This document shows, piece by piece, positions 36,847 to 47,032 of a stretch of 64,000 nt of DNA. The DNA is taken from positions 4,800,001 through 4,864,000 of the forward strand of contig OZ253462.1 of assembly GCA_965261395.1 (NCBI GenBank). Direction: 5' to 3'. A model generated the notes under the pieces. That model searched no databases and was not told where the DNA came from. It worked only from the letters and a program-made list of their open reading frames with translations. Made by a program: the position numbers and the translations under genes. How positions within the stretch are numbered: position 1 is the first letter of the stretch; each line of letters starts with the position of its first letter. Source of the stretch: Candidatus Latescibacterota bacterium. GTDB taxonomy: Bacteria; Latescibacterota; UBA2968; UBA8231.

Positions 36847-39467
36847 GGCTCTTCCCCTTTGCCTTGCGGCAGTCCAAACGGCACGGCCAACTCGATCCAA
36901 GACTTGATCTCCTCGCCGTTGCGGCGCACCGCGGGATAGAATCTATAGCCATACGCCGCGGCTATCGCGCTCTCGACAAAAGGAGGTTCTCCGCGAAAGA
37001 CCTCCACTTGCTCGGGCCGCCCCTCGTAGTCAATTAGCACGTCGAGCAACACCTCGGCCGAATCCTCAGCAGCCGCCGGATAGACTGGCCGCACCACCTG
37101 CCGGACCAGCGGCCAATCGCTCAGCGACAGGTCTCCCTCTTTCCACCCCAGTTGGTCGGGAGGAACCGACAAGTCGAGCGCGATCATCGCTTCCAAGTCC
37201 AAGTCCTCTTGGTCCTGGCCCGCCTGAAAATCCGGGTGCTTCTCCAGTAGGAAGCGAATCTGCGCGCTGTTGCGATCGCGCCGTGCGACCTCTCGCAGGT
37301 AGTGGTTGGCCGAGTCCTCTACGCCCTGCTCGGTAAAGGCGCGCCAGAGCCGGTAGTAGAGATTGAGGTTCCTCTTGTCAAAGGACAGGGCTTGGCGGTA
37401 GAACTCGATGGCGTCGTTGAAATAGCCCTCCTCCCAGTTGATGTTGCCGAGTTGATACAGGGCGCGCGGGTTGGCGACCTGTTGATCGATGCTCTGCTCG
37501 TAAAAATCGCGGGCTAACGCAACGTCTCCGCGTCGCTGCGCGCGCTCGGCAAAGCCGATGTATTTGCGCGCCAAGGACACGGAATCGAGCGTGTCCGGCT
37601 CCAAGGCGAGCAGTTCGATCCGCTCCCCTGGGCCGAGCTGGCCGCCGACCGCCTTCAGGCTGCGCTCCAGCTTGTCGATGAGCTTTTCCTCGCGCATTTC
37701 CCACCGCTGCTGGGACAGCTTGCCAAACCGCGTCTCGGCGAACTCCTCGCGCAACAATTGATAGCGCTGCTCGGCCGAAAGCGTATCTCCGACGACATTC
37801 TCGTAGGTATTGGCCGCCAAAAACGCCGCTTGACCCCCCGTTTGCGTACCGACGAAGGCATGGCTCAAACTGTCCAACAGGGGGATGTACGCCTCGGTGT
37901 TTTCAGGCTGTGCTAAGCGCAATGTTTCGATCCGCGCAAACTCGCGGGCTGCCAGCTCTTCGGCGGTGGCCTCGGACTTTTGCCCCAGCAGACGGCGGGC
38001 CTCGTTGGCGTGGGCCGAGGTGGGAAACTCCTCGATCAGCCGCAGCAAATAGGGCCTAGCCCCCTCTTCGTCGCCACGCATTTGCAACTCGATCCAAGCG
38101 AGGCTGTACACGGCGCGGGGCAATTGGTCGCTGTCCGGGAAGCGGCGGAGGACCTCCTCGTAGTACGCGCGGGCCGAATCGGCTTGGCCGATGTCGTCGC
38201 GATAGAGCTCGCACGCGCTGAACAGGTCGTCCAGCACATCCAAACTCCGCGCCACCACCACCGTATCGGCCGGGGCTTCCTCTGCCTGTCGCCACAACAG
38301 AGGCCCTTGCACCGCGCCTAGCGAATCGGCGTAGAGCGAATCGGCGCGGTGGACCTGGCGCTGGAACTGTTGCAGCCGACGCATGTGCCCCAGCATCTCC
38401 TGCGCTAAGAGCACGCCCTGCGCTCCCGGGCTCTCGCGGCTGCTCTCCTCAAGGTACTCGCGCCCCAGCTCGGTATCCCCGTATTCCTGCAGGCGCAGCA
38501 AGCCGATGCGATACAAGGCCATGGCCGCAGAGGGCGTCTGGGGAAAGTCGTTGCGCACCTGCTCGTACTCGGCCAGCGCCTCGTCGATCAAGCGGCGGCC
38601 CTGATACCACTCGCCGATTAGGAGCCGGGTGCGGCCCTCAAAGCGACGAAAGCGGCCCTCGTCGAGCAGGCTGACGTACGCCTCTAGGGCCTCATCCTCC
38701 GCGCCCATGGCGTAGAGCGCGCGGCCACTGTTGAGCCGAGCGCGATACTTTTGGTCCGCGCTGGGATCGGCCTGCAGCACCTCGTCGAAGGCCGCTAGGG
38801 CCTCATCTAAGCGGCCCGGATCCTCTAAGGCCATCAGCGCCTCGCCCAAGCGCAACCACAACTGGGCGCGCACCGCGCTCTTGGGAAAGGCCGCCAGCGT
38901 CGCCCGATATTCCCGCATGGCCGCGATGTAGTCCTCGCGGTCGTGCGCCATCTCGGCCAAGTGCAGGCCCGCTTGGACGGCGATCTTTTTCTCGGCCTCG
39001 TCAAACAGCACTCGGTAAAGCGACTGCGCTTGGTCGTCAGCCCGCTGCTCCTCTAGGCAGCGAGCGCGCCAGTAGCGGGCTTGATCGAAGTACGGACTGG
39101 ACGGGAAAAAGGTCTCCAAGTCGCGGAACGAATCTTGGGCATTGAGGTATTCGCCGCGCCAGTAATACGCCCGGCCGATCAGGAACATGGCGTCGTCAAC
39201 CAAGTCGCTCTCCTTGTACTTATCGAGCACCTTGGACGCCTTGCGCACCACTTTGTCGTAGAGTTGGTCGGCCTGCGGCGAGCGCTGCCGCTGCAATTCG
39301 GGCCCAGCCCGGTCAAAGGCCCAGTCGGCGTAGGTCTCTTCGTGCTTGTGCCGCTCTTTTTCGGCCGCGCGGAAGGTTTTCTTGGCGTTGTAAAACGTAT
39401 TGAAATAGACGCAGGCCGAAATCGCCAGACAACAAGCCAGCAACAGCACCAAGGGCGCGGTCCGCAC
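36843..39467 (-). CDS. TPR-repeat lipoprotein with C-terminal TonB_C-like domain
   Basis: Lipobox ISAC followed by VYFNTFYNAK; many TPR units; C-terminal PVYP...VLIDYEG...YRFYPA...VPF. Confidence 0.8.
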   Translation of the reverse strand: MRTAPLVLLLACCLAISACVYFNTFYNAKKTFRAAEKERHKHEETYADWAFDRAGPELQRQRSPQADQLYDKVVRKASKVLDKYKESDLVDDAMFLIGRAYYWRGEYLNAQDSFRDLETFFPSSPYFDQARYWRARCLEEQRADDQAQSLYRVLFDEAEKKIAVQAGLHLAEMAHDREDYIAAMREYRATLAAFPKSAVRAQLWLRLGEALMALEDPGRLDEALAAFDEVLQADPSADQKYRARLNSGRALYAMGAEDEALEAYVSLLDEGRFRRFEGRTRLLIGEWYQGRRLIDEALAEYEQVRNDFPQTPSAAMALYRIGLLRLQEYGDTELGREYLEESSRESPGAQGVLLAQEMLGHMRRLQQFQRQVHRADSLYADSLGAVQGPLLWRQAEEAPADTVVVARSLDVLDDLFSACELYRDDIGQADSARAYYEEVLRRFPDSDQLPRAVYSLAWIELQMRGDEEGARPYLLRLIEEFPTSAHANEARRLLGQKSEATAEELAAREFARIETLRLAQPENTEAYIPLLDSLSHAFVGTQTGGQAAFLAANTYENVVGDTLSAEQRYQLLREEFAETRFGKLSQQRWEMREEKLIDKLERSLKAVGGQLGPGERIELLALEPDTLDSVSLARKYIGFAERAQRRGDVALARDFYEQSIDQQVANPRALYQLGNINWEEGYFNDAIEFYRQALSFDKRNLNLYYRLWRAFTEQGVEDSANHYLREVARRDRNSAQIRFLLEKHPDFQAGQDQEDLDLEAMIALDLSVPPDQLGWKEGDLSLSDWPLVRQVVRPVYPAAAEDSAEVLLDVLIDYEGRPEQVEVFRGEPPFVESAIAAAYGYRFYPAVRRNGEEIKSWIELAVPFGLPQGKGEEP

Positions 39468-39477
39468 GAGCCGTCTC

Positions 39478-42400
39478 CTAGCCCCGATGGTAATCCTGCA
39501 GGGATTGCACGCTTAGTTCGGCGCGTTGCAGCGCCTCAATGCCCGCGACCGCAGCCCGGGCCCCGGCCATCGTCGTGGTATAGGGCACGCCGGTTACGAC
39601 CGCGGCCCGGCGCACCGCAAAGTCGTCGTAGTGCGAAGACTCGCCGAGGGGAGTGTTGATAATCAGGTCAATCTGGCGGCTGCGGATCGCGTCTTCGATG
39701 TGCGGGCGGCCCTCGTGAATTTTGCGCACCCGCTCTGCGGCGATGTCGTGCTTGCCGAGGAAGTCGCGCGTGCCCTGCGTAGCCACCAGCTCGAACCCGG
39801 CCGCGCGCAGCCTGCGAGCCACCGGCAAGACCTCCTCTTTATCGCAGTCGGCCACGCTGATAAAGACCCGGCCGCACGACGGCAGCAGCGAGCCCGCCCC
39901 CATCTGCGCCTTGAGGAAGGCCGTGCCAAAGTCGTGGCCAATGCCCATGACCTCGCCGGTGGACTTCATCTCCGGCCCCAACAGGCTATCGGCCCCAGGG
40001 AATTTTATAAAGGGCAGCACGGCCTCCTTGACCGATATGTGCGCCGGCACGACTTCCTCGGTGAAGCCCTGCTCGCGCAAGCTCACTCCCACCATAGCCA
40101 GCGCGGCGATCTTGGCCAGCGGGCGGCCAATGGCCTTGCTGACAAAGGGCACGGTGCGCGAAGCCCGGGGATTTACTTCAATCACATAGACCTCGCCTTG
40201 ATAGACGGCGTACTGCACGTTCATCAGGCCGATCACGCCGAGGGCACGCGCCAGCGCGTGGGTGTACTCGCGCATGGTCTCGATGTGCTTGGCCGGCGTG
40301 TCGTAAGGTGGCAAGGTGCAGGCACTGTCGCCCGAATGCACGCCAGCGTGCTCGATGTGCTGCATGATTCCACCGACGACCACGTCCGTCCCATCGGCCA
40401 CGGCATCCACGTCGAATTCCTCTGCGCCTTGCAGATAGCGGTCGATGAGCACGGGTCGCTCGGGTGCGACCTCAATGGCCTCGTCCATGTAGGTTTCGAG
40501 GCCCCCGACATCGTAGGCGACGACCATGGCCCGCCCGCCCAGCACATAAGAAGGCCGCACCAAAACCGGAAAGCCGATCTGTTCGGCGACCGCGCACGCC
40601 TCGGCACAACTAGCGGCCATGCCATTGGCCGGCTGACGGATACCCAGCTCGTTTAGTAGCTGGCCGAAGCGCTGGCGATCCTCGGCCAAATCGATGCTGC
40701 TGGACGAGGTGCCGATGATGGGCACGCCCTCGCGCTCTAGTTCAGCCGCCAAGTTCAGCGGAGTCTGCCCCCCGAACTGCACAATGACGCCGTCTGGGGC
40801 TTCGCGGTCGACTATGTGCAGCACGTCTTCGATCGTCAGCGGCTCAAAGTAGAGCTTGTCGGCCGTGTCGTAATCTGTGCTGACCGTCTCGGGATTGGAG
40901 TTGACCATGATGGTCTCATAGCCGATTTCGCGCAGCGCGAAACACGCGTGGACGCAGCAGTAATCAAATTCGATCCCCTGGCCGATGCGGTTCGGCCCCC
41001 CGCCGAGGATGGCGATTTTCTTGCGCGTCGAGCGCTGCACCTCGTCCTCGCGGTCGTACGTCGAGTAGTGGTAGGGCGTGTGCGCCTCGAACTCAGCGGC
41101 GCAGGTATCGACCGTTTTGTACACCGGGCGAATGTTCAGCTCAAGGCGACGGCGGCGGACGCCGGCCTCGTCGCAGCCGTTGAGATGCGCTAGCTGGCGG
41201 TCGCTAAATCCCCACTCCTTGGCGCGGCGCAACAAGGCGGCATCTGCGAGCACGTCTTCCCGCGCTAGCTGTTGTTCGAGTTCAAAAAGCTGGTAGAGCT
41301 GGTCGAGAAACCACGGGTCAATGCCCGTGAGGCCATAGATCTCGTCGTGGGTGTAGCCTTTGGCGATGGCCAGCTTGAGGTAGGACATGCGCTGGGAGTT
41401 GGGACGCAGCAATTTCTCGCGCAGTTCCTTGTCGGTCACCTTGGCCGCGCTCAGGTCCTTGCCGTCGGCACCAAAACCCGCCCGGCCGACCTCCAGCGAG
41501 CGCAGGCCCTTTTGCAGGGACTCCTTAAAGGTGCGGCCAATGGCCATGGTCTCTCCCACCGAGCGCATCTGGGTGTCGAGTGCGTCCGGCGTGCTGGGAA
41601 ATTTCTCAAAGGTAAAGCGCGGAATTTTGGTCACCACGTAGTCGATGGTCGGCTCAAAGGAAGCCGGGGTCTCGCGGGTGATGTCGTTGCGGATTTCGTC
41701 CAGACTGTAGCCCACGGCCAGTTTGGCGGCGATCTTGGCAATGGGAAAGCCCGTTGCCTTGGAAGCCAGCGCCGAAGAACGCGAGACCCGGGGGTTCATC
41801 TCGATGACGACCATGCGGCCGTCGGTGGGATTGACCGCGAACTGGATATTGGACCCGCCGGTATCCACCCCGATCTCGCGCATGATGCGGATGGCCGCAT
41901 CGCGCATGTGCTGATATTCCTTGTCCGACAAGGTCTGCGCCGGCGCGACCGTGATGCTATCGCCGGTGTGGATCCCCATGGGGTCGAAGTTTTCAATCGA
42001 GCAGATAATGACCACGTTGTCGCGGTGATCGCGCATGACCTCCAGCTCGAATTCCTTCCACCCGAGCACCGATTCCTCGATCAGCACCTCGTCGATCGGG
42101 CTTAGGTCGAGGCCGTGGCGCACGATCTGCTCGAATTCCTCGGCGTTGTACGCCACGCCGCCGCCAGAGCCTCCCATCGTAAAAGAGGGGCGAATGATGG
42201 TCGGGTAGCCCAAGTCGGCTTGGTGCTTGTGGGCCTCTTCGAGGCTGTGGACGAAGGCCCCGCGAGGCATGGACAATCCGGCCCGGTCCATGGCGGCTTT
42301 GAAGAGCTCGCGGTCTTCGGCCATCTTGATGGCCTCGAGTGAAGCGCCGATCAGCTCGACGTTGTGCTCGGCGAGGATGCCGCTTTCGGCCAAGGCCACC

Positions 42401-42696
42401 GCCGTGTTGAGCGCGGTTTGGCCCCCGAGCGTTGGCAGGAGGGCCTGCGGCTTTTCCGCGGCGATGATCCGCGCGCAAATCTCCGGCGTGATCGGCTCGA
42501 TATAGGTCCGGTCGGCCACCTCTGGATCAGTCATAATCGTCGCCGGATTGCTGTTGACCAAGACGATGTCGTAGCCTTCTTCGGCCAGCGCCTTACAGGC
42601 TTGCGTTCCCGAATAATCAAACTCGCAGGCTTGGCCAATGACGATGGGGCCAGAGCCGATGAGCATTATTTTTTGAATGTCTGTGCGTTTGGGCAT
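39478..42696 (-). CDS. carB: Carbamoyl-phosphate synthase large subunit
   Basis: [42 protein letters not shown] and [15 protein letters not shown] motifs; 1072 aa. Confidence 0.98.
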   Translation of the reverse strand: MPKRTDIQKIMLIGSGPIVIGQACEFDYSGTQACKALAEEGYDIVLVNSNPATIMTDPEVADRTYIEPITPEICARIIAAEKPQALLPTLGGQTALNTAVALAESGILAEHNVELIGASLEAIKMAEDRELFKAAMDRAGLSMPRGAFVHSLEEAHKHQADLGYPTIIRPSFTMGGSGGGVAYNAEEFEQIVRHGLDLSPIDEVLIEESVLGWKEFELEVMRDHRDNVVIICSIENFDPMGIHTGDSITVAPAQTLSDKEYQHMRDAAIRIMREIGVDTGGSNIQFAVNPTDGRMVVIEMNPRVSRSSALASKATGFPIAKIAAKLAVGYSLDEIRNDITRETPASFEPTIDYVVTKIPRFTFEKFPSTPDALDTQMRSVGETMAIGRTFKESLQKGLRSLEVGRAGFGADGKDLSAAKVTDKELREKLLRPNSQRMSYLKLAIAKGYTHDEIYGLTGIDPWFLDQLYQLFELEQQLAREDVLADAALLRRAKEWGFSDRQLAHLNGCDEAGVRRRRLELNIRPVYKTVDTCAAEFEAHTPYHYSTYDREDEVQRSTRKKIAILGGGPNRIGQGIEFDYCCVHACFALREIGYETIMVNSNPETVSTDYDTADKLYFEPLTIEDVLHIVDREAPDGVIVQFGGQTPLNLAAELEREGVPIIGTSSSSIDLAEDRQRFGQLLNELGIRQPANGMAASCAEACAVAEQIGFPVLVRPSYVLGGRAMVVAYDVGGLETYMDEAIEVAPERPVLIDRYLQGAEEFDVDAVADGTDVVVGGIMQHIEHAGVHSGDSACTLPPYDTPAKHIETMREYTHALARALGVIGLMNVQYAVYQGEVYVIEVNPRASRTVPFVSKAIGRPLAKIAALAMVGVSLREQGFTEEVVPAHISVKEAVLPFIKFPGADSLLGPEMKSTGEVMGIGHDFGTAFLKAQMGAGSLLPSCGRVFISVADCDKEEVLPVARRLRAAGFELVATQGTRDFLGKHDIAAERVRKIHEGRPHIEDAIRSRQIDLIINTPLGESSHYDDFAVRRAAVVTGVPYTTTMAGARAAVAGIEALQRAELSVQSLQDYHRG

Positions 42697-42701
42697 GGAG
42701 T

Positions 42702-42890
42702 TTAGTGAATGCGAAGAGCGCGAAAGAACGGCGGCACAACGGGGCCGATTGGCGAGTGGTTACCGCATGGGACTGCGAGTGGTCCGAGTGCGCATCGGCC
42801 CAATCTCCATCCGAACCAATCTTGCTGCAGACCTCGTGCGAACAACTCGATGAAGGGGCCTGGACTGCACGTCTCGATCAACTCGTACTG
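42702..42890 (-). pseudogene. 3' remnant of an MT-A70-family methyltransferase
   Basis: QYELIETCSPGPFIELFARG...W...NHS resembles the MT-A70 C-terminus. No DPPW motif or N-terminal part is present. Confidence 0.6.
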
Positions 42891-42892
42891 TC

Positions 42893-43384
42893 CTAAAGCC
42901 TTAGGTAAACGAGAAACAGGGTGAGCGCGATTACAGTAATGCAGCCAGCCTGGAGCAAGAGCTGGCCGTAGCGCTCCCAATCGTGGCTCTGACTGACCTT
43001 GAGCTTGGGACGCTCCACTTCCTTGATATCTACCTGAAAGCGCTGCTCGTTGATGAGGCGGACGAGATGGGGGTCGTAGTCGGCAATGGCCTTTAGGACC
43101 ATGCGCTTGCGACGCGCCGCTTTTTCGGCGCAGGCCCGTTGGGCGTCCTTGGCCGCGACTTTACCCTGAGCAGTGGAGTGGTCGGCGATGCGAGTACTAG
43201 TCTTCTCCCGCGCCAAATTCTCGGCCAAGCGGCTGAGGGCTTCGCGGCTTTTTACGTTGTCCTGAATAACGGTATAGCAGGTATCGATAAAGCGGCTGAA
43301 ATCCGCGAGAATCTCGTCTTCCGAAAGCCCCAGCAAGTAGGACTCTTCGATCATTTCTTCAATGGCGTCTTTGACGTCGGCCAT
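42893..43384 (-). CDS. Hypothetical protein with C-terminal transmembrane helix
   Basis: 163 aa from MADVKDAIEE; helical and charged with a hydrophobic tail; no recognised family. Confidence 0.6.
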   Translation of the reverse strand: MADVKDAIEEMIEESYLLGLSEDEILADFSRFIDTCYTVIQDNVKSREALSRLAENLAREKTSTRIADHSTAQGKVAAKDAQRACAEKAARRKRMVLKAIADYDPHLVRLINEQRFQVDIKEVERPKLKVSQSHDWERYGQLLLQAGCITVIALTLFLVYLRL

Positions 43385-43479
43385 AACGCAAGCTCTGTAA
43401 ATTAAATGTGCAAAAGCCAAGAAGCGCCCACACCAGCACCCCAGTTCCATTTCCAGATTACAGCATCACCCCAAACATG

Positions 43480-45042
43480 TCAAGCAGATCGCGCCGCATC
43501 TACCATCGCCAAGGCGATTTCATCGGCTATATCGCCCGCCCGCATCCCCCATTCCCCCAGCCGCTCGACCGCCCGATCCCCAGCCCGACCGTGGACATAG
43601 ACCCCGAGGCAAGCTGCGGCCTCTGCGCCGATCCCTTGGGCTATCAGCCCGGCGATGATCCCGGTCAGCACGTCGCCCGACCCGGCCGTGGCCATGCCCG
43701 CATTGCCCGTGGAGTTGACCGCCACGCGTCCATCGCCCAAGGCCACGACGGTCGGCGCGCCCTTCAACACGAGCGTCGCGCCGAATTCGCTGGCAAAGTC
43801 GCGGGCCACGGCCATGGGCGCGTCGGCAATCCGCCGCTTGTCCAACCCGCTCAAGCGGGCGAACTCGCCCACATGGGGCGTGAGGACCAGCGGTGCCGAG
43901 CGGCCCTTTAGCGCATCGGCTTGCCCGGCGAAAGCACTAAGCCCGTCTGCATCCAAAACGAGGGGCAGCTCGGTTTGCAACACCAGCCGCCTCACCAGCT
44001 CCTCGGTCTCCCGATAGCGCCCCAAACCCGGCCCCAATGCCAAGACATCGGCCCGCGTCAACATAGCGCACACTTCGCCCAAGGCCCGCAGAGACAAACA
44101 GCGCCGCTTGCGCACTTCGGGCAACGGCCGGGTCATCACCTCAGAGAGCTTGACTTCGAGAATGTCGTTGAGACTTGCGGGCACCCCTAGATGGACGCGA
44201 CCGGCCCCGCTTCTGAGCGCGGCATCCGCCGTCAGCGCGGCCGCCCCGGTCATGCCCACCGAACCCGCGACCACGGCCACCGTCCCGCAGCTTCCCTTGT
44301 GCTCGTCGCCACGGCGTCGCGGCACGAGCGCGCCTAGGCCCTCGGCGGAAAGCAGCAGGGCCTGGGCAACCGCATCGCGCAGGATAGGCTCGGGGAAGCC
44401 GATGTTGGCCAAGTGCAGCGCACCGCAATGCGACCGACCGGGATAGAATAGCTGCCCGACTTTGACCAATCCGAAGGTCACCGTCAGCATCGCTTGAACG
44501 GCCGCGCCGTGGACCTGCCCAGTATCGGCCTCGACTCCCGAGGGGATATCCACGGCCACTACCGGCCTTTCGCACTGGGCAATGCGCTCGATGACGCGCG
44601 CCATCGCAGGACGAGGTGCCCCTCGCAACCCGGTCCCCAAAAGCGCGTCAATCACCAAGTCGGCTTCTTGGAGGGCGGCGTCGAACGGGGCCAAATCCTC
44701 GCCGAGCACTTCGACGGCCTCGCCCGCCTGTTCGCAGCGCCGCAAATGCTCGGCGGCAGCCCCTTGCACCTCCGCGCGGTCTGCCGCGAGGAAGACGCGC
44801 ACCGACCCACCGCCAGCGCGCAAGAGCCGAGCTGCGGCAAACCCGTCGCCGCCATTGTTGCCCTTGCCGCACAGCACCACGGCCTGCAAACCGGCCAAGC
44901 CGTCCCAGCGCGCCGCAATGGCTGCAACCACTTCTGTACCCGCCCGCTCGATGAGTTCGGCGCTAGAAATATCCGCCTCGGCGATGGTGCGCTGATCGAC
45001 CGCCGCCATTTCTCGGCCCGTTACCAGTTTGTGCAAGTCCAA
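43480..45042 (-). CDS. nnr: Bifunctional NAD(P)H-hydrate epimerase/dehydratase
   Basis: GKGNNGGDG, DALLGTG, DIPSG, HKGSCG, LTPHVGEF and ATAGSGDVLTG motifs. Confidence 0.95.
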   Translation of the reverse strand: MDLHKLVTGREMAAVDQRTIAEADISSAELIERAGTEVVAAIAARWDGLAGLQAVVLCGKGNNGGDGFAAARLLRAGGGSVRVFLAADRAEVQGAAAEHLRRCEQAGEAVEVLGEDLAPFDAALQEADLVIDALLGTGLRGAPRPAMARVIERIAQCERPVVAVDIPSGVEADTGQVHGAAVQAMLTVTFGLVKVGQLFYPGRSHCGALHLANIGFPEPILRDAVAQALLLSAEGLGALVPRRRGDEHKGSCGTVAVVAGSVGMTGAAALTADAALRSGAGRVHLGVPASLNDILEVKLSEVMTRPLPEVRKRRCLSLRALGEVCAMLTRADVLALGPGLGRYRETEELVRRLVLQTELPLVLDADGLSAFAGQADALKGRSAPLVLTPHVGEFARLSGLDKRRIADAPMAVARDFASEFGATLVLKGAPTVVALGDGRVAVNSTGNAGMATAGSGDVLTGIIAGLIAQGIGAEAAACLGVYVHGRAGDRAVERLGEWGMRAGDIADEIALAMVDAARSA

Positions 45043-45045
45043 TGC

Positions 45046-45786
45046 TCAAGCCTCCCAGGGGCGGATCAGTTCGCGCAGCCGGCGTGGGGCCTCACTGGGC
45101 AGAGACTGGCCCGTGTACTTGGGCAAGAGCGCGTGAAAGCCGACGCTGACCCACAAGGCCCAAGCCGCCAAGCCGCCGCAGAACAACCCCACCCCAGAAG
45201 CGACGCCAAGGCCCAAGGCCAAGCCTGCGCTCAGTAGAAAAACCAGTGAGAGCTTTATATTATCGACCGATAGAAGAAAGCTATGGCGCACGGTGGCCCA
45301 CACCGACCCTTCTTGGGTGACCAGCACTGGAAAAACATACACTGCGACCATGCCCACCAGCAGTATGAACCAGACCATCAGCCCGCCCAAAAGCACCCCA
45401 AGCCAGCCGCCCAGCCGCTGGTAAAAGACCACGTTGGTCAGCACCAGTGCGACCGCGGCGACCATCAACAACCCCAGCGCGAGGGCGCGCCAAAAAAACG
45501 CGCGGCCAGCCGCCCAAAACTCCCGCAGGCCGAAGTCCCTGCCCCGTGCCCAAGCGGCCCCAGCGGCGAAAAGCACTGCCGTGGCCGGTGCGCCCAACAG
45601 CAGGGCACCGGCTAAGACGATAGCCCCCACCAAGCCCAAGCCACCTAGCCCAAATCCTAGTTGCAAAAGCAGGTAGGCCCCGCCGATCCAAGGCAGGCTC
45701 AACGCGCTCCACAGCAAGTTGTAGCCCACCAGCCCGCCCAAGCGGTCGTACGCCGTCCACAAGAAGCGTTGCAGGTTTCCGCTCAA
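45046..45786 (-). CDS. Membrane protein, DUF624/YesL-like
   Basis: Several TM segments; NLLW...GAPATA...FW pattern. Confidence 0.7.
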   Translation of the reverse strand: MSGNLQRFLWTAYDRLGGLVGYNLLWSALSLPWIGGAYLLLQLGFGLGGLGLVGAIVLAGALLLGAPATAVLFAAGAAWARGRDFGLREFWAAGRAFFWRALALGLLMVAAVALVLTNVVFYQRLGGWLGVLLGGLMVWFILLVGMVAVYVFPVLVTQEGSVWATVRHSFLLSVDNIKLSLVFLLSAGLALGLGVASGVGLFCGGLAAWALWVSVGFHALLPKYTGQSLPSEAPRRLRELIRPWEA

Positions 45787-47021
45787 TGGTCCTCCAAGCC
45801 GCGCAGCATAAACTCGGCGTACGTACGGGCTGTCAACACCAAGTCGCGCACCCGCACGCGCTCATCTATCCCGTGAATGCGCTCGCCCTTTACCCCATAG
45901 CCAATGCCGGGCAAGCCGCCGTCAATCGCAAAGTAGTGCAGATCTGTAAAGCCAGAGCTGAGCCGGTAGCCAGCGGCGCGGCGGCGCACGGCTTGCACGG
46001 CCCGCGCAAATGCCTGGGGCAGCGCGTGATCAGCATCGACGACGCAAGGCTCAATCTGCAAAGGCGCTGCCACTCGGCAGGGTGGCTCGGCGGCCTGCGC
46101 CACAGCGCGTCTCAGCTCGCGCTCGACTGCTGCGAGCTGCTCGCCGGGCACTAAGCGGCGGTCGAGCGAAAAGCGAGCATACGCGGGTACGGTGTTTATC
46201 TTGTCGCCCTCCCCACCGGCGAAGACGCCACCGATATTGAGCGTGGGGTTGCGCGACCGACCGTCGAAATCCACGTAGCGGCGCTGGGGCGCATTTAGTT
46301 TCCTTTTGTAGGCTTGCAACTTCTGCACTACGCTGGCCATGGCTTCAAAGGCGTTGACCCCCTGTTCTGGGTTAGAAGCGTGGGCGGCCTTGCCCGTCAA
46401 CTCGACCTCTAACCACAGCACGCCGTTGTGACCGCAGCCGACCTGCGTCCCAGCCGCCCCCTCACAGACGACTGCGAAATCGGCGTTCACCAGCCCCTTG
46501 TTTACAATCCATCCCGCGCCCAATTGGCCGCCGGTCTCCTCGTCGGCCGTAAACGAACATTCGATGTTAAAAGCCGGCTCAGCACCCGTTTCCTTGAGCG
46601 CCTCCACGGCCATCAGCAACGCGGCGATCGACCCTTTCATGTCCCCGGAGCCGCGGCCATAGAGCGCACCGGCGGCCAGCCCCGGCTCGAAAGGGCTGCC
46701 GAATTTCCACTGCCCAGCGCAGGGCACCACGTCGTAGTGGGCATTGAAATGCACCGTCTGCGGCCGGCCGGCGTCCCACCGAGCAATCAGGTTGTAGCGC
46801 GGGAACTCGGCCGATCCGAGTACTCGGCGGACCTCTTGATCTGGAACGCGGTGGACTTGGGCCTGCATGCCCAAGTCCTGACAGCATCTCAAGAGCGCGT
46901 CGGCCATCGCTTGGTAGTTATTCCCCGGCGGATTGACGGTATTCACGTGAACTAAAGCCTGCGCGCTATCAATCAACTGCTCTTGGTGCTTTTCGATGTA
47001 TTGGTGAACCCCAGATTTCAC
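45783..47021 (-). CDS. M20 family metallopeptidase/deacylase (ArgE/DapE-like)
   Basis: NAHYDVV, GRGSGDMKG, DEETGG, GKAAHA and HGIDE motifs. Start uncertain (GTG at 47021; ORF open to 47066). Confidence 0.9.
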   Translation of the reverse strand: MKSGVHQYIEKHQEQLIDSAQALVHVNTVNPPGNNYQAMADALLRCCQDLGMQAQVHRVPDQEVRRVLGSAEFPRYNLIARWDAGRPQTVHFNAHYDVVPCAGQWKFGSPFEPGLAAGALYGRGSGDMKGSIAALLMAVEALKETGAEPAFNIECSFTADEETGGQLGAGWIVNKGLVNADFAVVCEGAAGTQVGCGHNGVLWLEVELTGKAAHASNPEQGVNAFEAMASVVQKLQAYKRKLNAPQRRYVDFDGRSRNPTLNIGGVFAGGEGDKINTVPAYARFSLDRRLVPGEQLAAVERELRRAVAQAAEPPCRVAAPLQIEPCVVDADHALPQAFARAVQAVRRRAAGYRLSSGFTDLHYFAIDGGLPGIGYGVKGERIHGIDERVRVRDLVLTARTYAEFMLRGLEDH

Positions 47022-47032
47022 ACGTGATTCGC

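Noticed and set aside
39526-42705. Long plus-strand ORFs (376 aa, 277 aa and others)
   Set aside because: Antisense shadows of carB in GC-rich DNA, with no motifs.
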